Below, one piece after another: positions 58,204 to 64,000 of a stretch of 64,000 nucleotides of DNA. The translations under genes and the position numbers were made by a program. Numbering within the stretch: the first letter of the stretch is position 1; every line of letters starts with the position of its first letter. This DNA comes from an uncultured Nostoc sp. (GTDB taxonomy: Bacteria > Cyanobacteriota > Cyanobacteriia > Cyanobacteriales > Nostocaceae). The notes under the pieces were generated by a model. That model saw only the letters and a list, made by a program, of their open reading frames with translations, searched no databases and had not been told where the DNA came from. Location: positions 899-64,898 of the forward strand of contig NZ_CAXTNP010000005.1 of the NCBI RefSeq assembly GCF_964245575.1. The letters run 5' to 3'.

Positions 58204-59871
58204 ATGAGGGATAATCTGTCGCCATCCTCTCGCGTAGATGCTGCGGAAGGGGGTAGTGAATTAGAATGTTTCCCCTATAGTGTCCAGCATTACGATGAGG
58301 GTGTGTGTTTATTGGTGAAGATGGGGCCACACCGCATCCTGTTGGATTGTGGTTTGGAGGATATTTCATCGCTGGCGAAGGGGCTTACTAAGTCGGTACG
58401 TGGAGTTGGTTCGCCCTCACCAGCAGATTTCGTTTTAATTAGTCACGCCCACCCAGATCACGCCAGAGGCCTACTGGCACTTCATAAAGCTTTTCCAAAG
58501 TTACCTATTTATGGTAGCGAAGTAACCAGCAAGTTACTGCCGTTGAATTGGCTAGACCAAGATCCTGAGAAAATTTCCGAATTTTGTCATGCTTTGCCTT
58601 TGCGATCGCCTGTGGAATTCCAAGATGGTTTGGTGGCAGAATTATTTCCCGCAGGGCATCTACCAGGGGCAGTGGCAATTCTCCTTACCTACACCACTAA
58701 GCAGCGTACTTACAAGCTACTGTATACAGGAGATTTTTTCCTGTCAAACTCCCGGTTGGTAGAAGGTTTGCGTTTAGAGGAACTGCGAGGATTAGACTTA
58801 GATGTGCTAATTATTGAAGGCAGTTATGGTACATCCCGTCATCCTCACCGCCGCAACCAAGAAAATCAACTAGCAGAACGAATTAATCGCGCGATCGCTG
58901 ATCATTGTTCTGTAATTCTTCCCACTCCTGCTTTAGGGCTGGGTCAAGAATTATTAATGCTCTTACGCTCTCATCACTATTTCACTGGACGAGATTTAGA
59001 TATCTGGGTAGATGGTGCTGTGGCTACTGGGTGTGATGCCTACTTAGAACTGCTACCCCATCTTCCCCCATCTGTACAGAACTTCGCCCGCCATCAACCC
59101 TTATTTTGGGATGAACGGGTGCGTCCTTGCGTGCGTCGTTTACAACCAGAATATCGTCCCACTGTGGGTAAGTCACCTTGTATTGTCCTTACCGACTCTA
59201 CAGATGATTTGGGTAAGTACTGCCAACTAGACACTGGGCCTTGGCTGATCCTCGTACCAGAAAAAATTGATATAAAAGTTAATAAAGAATATTTAGCACC
59301 TACCACTGTTGAAGCTTATCTCTTGGCTCAACATAGTGATGGCCCTGGTACTACGCAGCTAATTCATAATTTGCGACCCCAGCACGTCATTTTTATTCAC
59401 GGTTCTCCTGCCTACTTGGCAGACCTGACTAGCTTAGAGGAGTTGCAAAACCGCTACCATGTCCATTCTCCGGCGGCTGACACTTTAGTAGAATTGCCTA
59501 TCGGCGATACATTTTTACAACCCGCAGCACCAGAAACTAATTACGAAGGCGAACTGACAGAGTTGGGAAGAGTAATCACAATCACCCTAGCCGATGTTAT
59601 TACTACCGATCCACGTTGGCAGCAATTTGCCGATACTGGTTTAATCGAAGCTCGTTGGCAAGGCGAAGAACTAGTATTGAGGGGATTGTCTCAACGAGAA
59701 TTGCTCAATCAAAATAGCGATCGCTATACATGGACAAATGTAGACTGTTGCGGTACTTGCCGACATCAAAGGGGGCAGCGGTGTTGGAATCCAGCTTCCC
59801 CGTTGTATAACTTTAAGGTAACTCTAGAAGGTTACTGTCCTGCTTTTGAAGGTTTGAATGATAGCCAATAG
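58204..59871 (+). CDS. MBL-fold metallo-hydrolase (beta-CASP-like) with a Cys-rich C-terminal domain
   Basis: 555 aa. ISHAHPDHARG (HxHxDH motif). C-terminus is CCGTCRHQRGQRCW...GYCPAFE. Confidence 0.78.
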   Translation: MRDNLSPSSRVDAAEGGSELECFPYSVQHYDEGVCLLVKMGPHRILLDCGLEDISSLAKGLTKSVRGVGSPSPADFVLISHAHPDHARGLLALHKAFPKLPIYGSEVTSKLLPLNWLDQDPEKISEFCHALPLRSPVEFQDGLVAELFPAGHLPGAVAILLTYTTKQRTYKLLYTGDFFLSNSRLVEGLRLEELRGLDLDVLIIEGSYGTSRHPHRRNQENQLAERINRAIADHCSVILPTPALGLGQELLMLLRSHHYFTGRDLDIWVDGAVATGCDAYLELLPHLPPSVQNFARHQPLFWDERVRPCVRRLQPEYRPTVGKSPCIVLTDSTDDLGKYCQLDTGPWLILVPEKIDIKVNKEYLAPTTVEAYLLAQHSDGPGTTQLIHNLRPQHVIFIHGSPAYLADLTSLEELQNRYHVHSPAADTLVELPIGDTFLQPAAPETNYEGELTELGRVITITLADVITTDPRWQQFADTGLIEARWQGEELVLRGLSQRELLNQNSDRYTWTNVDCCGTCRHQRGQRCWNPASPLYNFKVTLEGYCPAFEGLNDSQ

Positions 59872-59904
59872 TCATCAATCCGATGCCATTAGTCATTTTT
59901 AATT

Positions 59905-59946
59905 AATGACTAATGACTAATGACTAATGACTAATGACTAATGACT
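59905..59946. repeat. STRR heptamer tract (AATGACT x6)
   Basis: Six perfect consecutive copies. Confidence 0.9.
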
Positions 59947-59955
59947 ACTAATTAA

Positions 59956-60267
59956 TTATTCTGGATTCGAGTCAGTGTAACGGTTGTGGATGCGTTCGGC
60001 TTCGGGACAGTCTTCAGTCATCAAAGGTTCCACATTACCGCGTGGTACTGAAGCCAGTTTTTGCGTTACAGCACCAATGCTCTCGAGACGAACCATTTCT
60101 TCCCAAGAACAAACTTCATCCTCTTCTTCTGTTTCATAGCGTAGGGTCACTAAATCTCCCTCTATGTCGATGATGCGGGCGCGTTCAATCCAGCGTTGCT
60201 GGTCCCGCAAGAAAACACATACCTCGCGCCCATCGCAACAGAGTTGATAAATCTTGCGGTGTAGCAT
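59956..60267 (-). CDS. Hypothetical small acidic protein
   Basis: 103-aa ORF with no competing frame. No family recognised. Confidence 0.5.
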   Translation of the reverse strand: MLHRKIYQLCCDGREVCVFLRDQQRWIERARIIDIEGDLVTLRYETEEEDEVCSWEEMVRLESIGAVTQKLASVPRGNVEPLMTEDCPEAERIHNRYTDSNPE

Positions 60268-60912
60268 GTACTGTTTCTGCCTTTTTAAACAACGTAGTTA
60301 AACCTATCAAAATCTGGGTTCTACCCAATTACATTACACCTTTAAGAGGTTAATTTCACCGTTCAGAACAAGTACACTTCATCACCCAATCCCAAAACTT
60401 GCATGTAGTTGCCAAATATTGAGAAATTTTGGGTCATAAATCAATGCTTGTTTTAGCAATGAACTCAATCTCCCTCCGGCTCATTCTACGGAATGTCTGC
60501 TTCATTGAAGTCAAACAATTCGGAACCTGTCCTAACCAGGTTGATATTTGCTGGTGAGTCCTTGTTACCATTATGTAATAAAGAATACTCAAAACCAATC
60601 GTTGATTGCGGTTGTTTAACTTGCCTACTTATAATCATTGGCATTGCTGGGAAGTCCGGGGACTTGGTTTTACTTTTACCCATGTGTATATGATCTTAAC
60701 TCATTCTCTTGCTGACCTTGATGGTTTTCAACAATAACACCTAAATAGTTTTGATTTTTGAAGGTTTTTGCTTGATGATGGCTAACAAAAAGGCAGGGGA
60801 GGAAAAAGAGTTATTAGGCAATAATTCTTTCTCCCCCTGCTTCTCTTCTCCCCCTGCTTCCCTTGCTCACCTCAACAAATAACTTTCTCTTTTCCAAACT
60901 CTATTGGGAGTA

Positions 60913-61131
60913 TCAGCAAGATTTATATGGTAGCGGAAATTCCATAAGCACGTTCGATGAGGAGGCTTCTCGTTTAATTTTACCTGCCCGAACTGCATCG
61001 TATAGGGCTGCAAGGGCTGACAAATCCTCTTCCTTCCAGCATTTAGTGACCAGCACTTGATAGAGTAATCCCTCAGATTCAACACTAAGATATCCAGTTT
61101 GGAAAGCAGATTCAACGAGTGTGCGAATCAT
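60913..61131 (-). CDS. Hypothetical small protein
   Basis: 72 aa. The helical N-terminal 55 aa (MIRTLVESAFQTGYLSVESEGLLYQVL...) looks protein-like. A same-strand ORF in another frame and an antisense ORF overlap it. Confidence 0.4.
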   Translation of the reverse strand: MIRTLVESAFQTGYLSVESEGLLYQVLVTKCWKEEDLSALAALYDAVRAGKIKREASSSNVLMEFPLPYKSC

Positions 61132-61422
61132 CTTGGTTAGGACAGAGTAAACAAATTGTTATGTCAAGTGTGGAACATTTCCCTCTGATAATAATTGATA
61201 TGGAACATGAATATCATGTGATTATCATTACACCTAATTAGTGATTTAGATCACAAAAAGGGGTCACAATATGACATTTAAGTGCATCTATCTATTGATA
61301 CACGGATACATGTAAAACACTAAATTTCGATTTTATACGTAGGCAGCACATAATTTAACAATTCTTTTAAGATAGGGAAATTTTTAAGTAAGTATCCCCA
61401 AAATATAGTGAAACATAAGCAA

Positions 61423-62229
61423 TCAAGCAAAAAACTGGCGGAAATCTTCATCCTTTTGACTTAATTGCACCCAGTCTAAGTTTAAAGACTGGAATTTTTG
61501 CACTAAGCGATCGCAAGCCGGACGTTCGGTAGCGTAATGTCCGGCATCGATTAAAATGAGATTGCGATCGCGGCTTTCTTGAAACTGATGAAACTTACAG
61601 TCAGAAGTCAGATAAGCTTGAGCACCACTTTTGGCGACGGCTGAAATAAAACTAGCCCCCGAACCACCCAAAACAGCAACTCGTGAAATTGTTTGCTGTA
61701 AATCAGCGCTTGGGGAAAAAATCAAATTAGGAGGAGCAAGTCGCCCTTGAATGGTTGCGAGTAATTCATGTAATGTCATAAATGGCTCTAGCAAACCAAT
61801 ACGACCATATCCTAATCCTGCTTGTGTAGGTTGTATAGGAGTAACTTCTTTGAGTTCTAAAATTTGAGCTAAAACGTCAGCAGTACCATCTTGCACTTGG
61901 TCAAAATTCGTATGGGCAGTGTAAATACCAATATTGTGGGTAAAGGATAACCGTACCATTTCGGCGATCGCTTCACCACTGCATAAAGATTTGGGAGGAG
62001 TAAAAATCAAGGGATGATGGGCAAATATCAGGTTAGCATTTTCTGCGATCGCTTCCTGCATTACTGCCAAAGTCGGTGTCAAACATACCAAAACCCGTGC
62101 TTTTTCTTGCAACACTCCTGGTTCAATCTGCCAGCCGCAATTATCCCAGCTTTCACACCAAGTGGGATCTGCCCATGCTTCAAACCAAGTAATTAAGTCA
62201 GCAATTTTCATAATTATTTTCTTCAGCAA
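61423..62229 (-). CDS. Nif3-like dinuclear metal-centre protein
   Basis: 268 aa. WDN.G, the HHPLIF motif and the C-terminal GHY.TE pattern. Confidence 0.85.
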   Translation of the reverse strand: MLKKIIMKIADLITWFEAWADPTWCESWDNCGWQIEPGVLQEKARVLVCLTPTLAVMQEAIAENANLIFAHHPLIFTPPKSLCSGEAIAEMVRLSFTHNIGIYTAHTNFDQVQDGTADVLAQILELKEVTPIQPTQAGLGYGRIGLLEPFMTLHELLATIQGRLAPPNLIFSPSADLQQTISRVAVLGGSGASFISAVAKSGAQAYLTSDCKFHQFQESRDRNLILIDAGHYATERPACDRLVQKFQSLNLDWVQLSQKDEDFRQFFA

Positions 62230-62250
62230 TTTTTAATTTTCAATTGCTAA

Positions 62251-63000
62251 TCAGTGTCTCTGTGGTTGAATATTTAATTTTAATGCTAATTGCTGGCGCA
62301 TTTCTTGGAAAGGTTTGTTCCAGACAGGGCTAGCATTCCAGTTCCACACTGCTACTGGGATAAGTTCTTCTTGGGCAAGATAAGTTAGTAGACGATATTC
62401 ATCTTCCGGTTCACGAGAAAAAGTGAAGGGATTACGGTAGCCTGTATCACATAGTTTATAAGATGTGATTTGACCATGATTAATCCGTTGTAAAAGTTCT
62501 TTCCCTTTGACGAGCAAATAATCCAAAAAAACCAAACTAAAAGGCTCTATGTGTGCGCGTTTTTGTGGCTCTTTTTGTACCCATCTTGCCCACTCGAACC
62601 CATACATAAAATCGTGAACGTAACGGAAGCGCATTTCCGTTTTATTTCCGAACATTTCTGTAAGATAAACCATTTTTTCACCAAAATATTTTAAAAAATT
62701 TATAGCACCTTCATCTGCTACTAAAGCCTGCCTAAGCATACTATTTACCAGAAAATCAAAATCCCAGAATATGTTTTCTGGGAAGTTTTGCAACTGAGTA
62801 CATACTATACTTTCAAGAGTTTCTTGAAGGCTTATGAGGAATTCAATATCAGTGTTGTGTTCAGTAATTAAATTTTCAAATTCTGCAAAACTGGTAATTA
62901 ATGTTTTTTTGGGATTAAGTGATAATATGTTAATAGACTGTTGGGCAAGGATTTCATCAATAAATTGGAAAGTATGAGTGGGTGTCAGTTCTTGCTTCAT
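62251..63000 (-). CDS. Hypothetical protein
   Basis: 249-aa ORF, 21 bp upstream of the Nif3-like gene on the same strand. No family recognised. Confidence 0.55.
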   Translation of the reverse strand: MKQELTPTHTFQFIDEILAQQSINILSLNPKKTLITSFAEFENLITEHNTDIEFLISLQETLESIVCTQLQNFPENIFWDFDFLVNSMLRQALVADEGAINFLKYFGEKMVYLTEMFGNKTEMRFRYVHDFMYGFEWARWVQKEPQKRAHIEPFSLVFLDYLLVKGKELLQRINHGQITSYKLCDTGYRNPFTFSREPEDEYRLLTYLAQEELIPVAVWNWNASPVWNKPFQEMRQQLALKLNIQPQRH

Positions 63001-63280
63001 AGTAATTGAAATAGCCCAGACAGCTTACAGTAAATATTAGTTTATCTCGTAAAAATCATATTTTTAAAATTTACAAATAAACTTTACTTTTGTATTTACA
63101 AATTGACACGAATTATTTAGTGTGGATTTGATTAATTTTCATGACAAAACGATCGCGGCAAAATTTATTTAATGCATATCACCGCGAGTTTATGAGATTA
63201 TAGCCAAAAGGTAAGCGGAGTAACCAGAGTATTTAAACTCTACAGGACTCCACCTTAAATAAATAAAACTTGAGAATCGG

Positions 63281-63694
63281 TTATCCAGAAATATGGACAA
63301 CCAATTCTCTTAAATGACTGCGCTGGCGGTGTTCCCAAATATAAATTCCTTGCCAAGTTCCCAGTACTAAATGACCACGATTAATGGGGATATGTTCAGA
63401 AGTGTGGGTGAGTGCGGTACGAATGTGCGCTGGCATATCATCGGGGCCTTCTGCATCGTGAATATATTTTCCCGATTCTGGTACAAGTTTTGCCATAAAG
63501 TTAGCTAAATCCACAAGGACATCGGGATCGGCATTTTCTTGGATAACTAAACTGGCTGAAGTGTGGCGTAAAAATAGAGTACAAAGACCAGTTTCAACTC
63601 CCGATTCTGCAACTGTGGCTGCAATTTTCGCAGTGATGTTGTAAAAAGATTTACCAGTGGTGGAAATTTTTAGTAGCTTTTGGTAGTGAGTCAT
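63281..63694 (-). CDS. yjbQ: YjbQ/UPF0047 family (secondary thiamine-phosphate synthase) protein
   Basis: 137 aa. The HTSASLVIQENADPDV and HIRTALTHTS..IPI..G.L.LGTWQGIY patterns match. Confidence 0.85.
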   Translation of the reverse strand: MTHYQKLLKISTTGKSFYNITAKIAATVAESGVETGLCTLFLRHTSASLVIQENADPDVLVDLANFMAKLVPESGKYIHDAEGPDDMPAHIRTALTHTSEHIPINRGHLVLGTWQGIYIWEHRQRSHLRELVVHISG

Positions 63695-63810
63695 CTAGAA
63701 CACTGTTATTGATGTTGGTAAGAGCTAATTAGCGGTTCAATCTGCTGGATGTTGCCATTGTTCAGATCAATAGCAGAAAGTTTAAGAACAATAATAATAT
63801 TTATACCGCA

Positions 63811-63998
63811 CTGAAGAGACTGAATCTGGTAATGAGTTTAGATATGGTCAGAAAACTTAGCATTGCACTGTTTGTGACAAATAAGATGTTCATCTGGGTG
63901 ATTAAAATTTGCCGCTCTTCTTTTTGCCTTTCTAGCACTCGACGCACATCTTGAGCGGCTAATTCCAGCGTTTCTTCGTCTATTATTAATTTATGTTG
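63811..63998 (-). CDS. 3' end of a gene that starts beyond the window edge
   Basis: The open frame ...LELAAQDVRRVLERQKEERQILITQMNILFVTNSAMLSFLTISKLI...SAV-stop runs off the right edge. Confidence 0.3.
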
Positions 63999-64000
63999 TT

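Noticed and set aside
59905-59946. Tandem repeat tracts (also at 26284-26354, 15463-15497, 37987-38011, 56251-56275) as possible CRISPR arrays or coding repeats.
   Set aside because: The units are 7 nt with no spacers. This is the known STRR class of heterocystous cyanobacteria, not CRISPR. No cas genes are in the window.
60486-60693. A mutually antisense ORF pair (65 aa on the minus strand, 66 aa on the plus strand).
   Set aside because: Neither has a ribosome-binding site or a recognisable motif, and I cannot decide between them. One may be a real small gene, but the evidence is insufficient.

Overview
This 64-kb window is a chromosomal segment from a filamentous, heterocyst-forming cyanobacterium of the Nostoc/Anabaena type. 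Three things support that: the HIP1 octamer GCGATCGC occurs about once per 1-1.5 kb (counted by eye), STRR-type heptamer tandem tracts sit in intergenic DNA, and the marker genes devBCA, pcyA, chlB and cyanoP are present. I call about 60 protein genes. Most are core genes: argG, recG, tsf-rpsB, dapB, cobH, maf, rpmI-rplT, rpmG-rpsR-RNase R, chlB, cyclophilin, Nif3 and yjbQ. I recognised no rRNA, tRNA or CRISPR array. Two accessory insertions stand out. (1) At 9585-12802 (minus strand), a translationally coupled two-gene cassette lies 44 bp downstream of recG. It encodes a 149-aa all-helical HEPN-like protein and a 923-aa protein with two different P-loop modules. One module is ParA/MinD-type with the P-loop Lys replaced by Arg (KGGVGRT); the other is classical (GAKGAGKT with IIFLFDGLED). 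I consider this the best candidate for an undescribed conflict/defence system. (2) At 39318-45790, an island lies between a DUF2470 gene and chlB. It carries a 1052-aa Toprim-like/P-loop plasmid-type replicase (CyRepA-like), a MazEF-like module with a truncated toxin, a TPR-HEAT protein, a DUF4926 gene and an intact VapBC pair. Other points worth a second look are two identical-half-site Zur-type boxes (one in front of a solitary ZnuA-like gene), a perfect NtcA box with a correctly spaced -10 pointing away from devB, several intergenic repeat families, and several gene remnants. All functional calls come from reading the translated ORFs against remembered family signatures. No database search was run.
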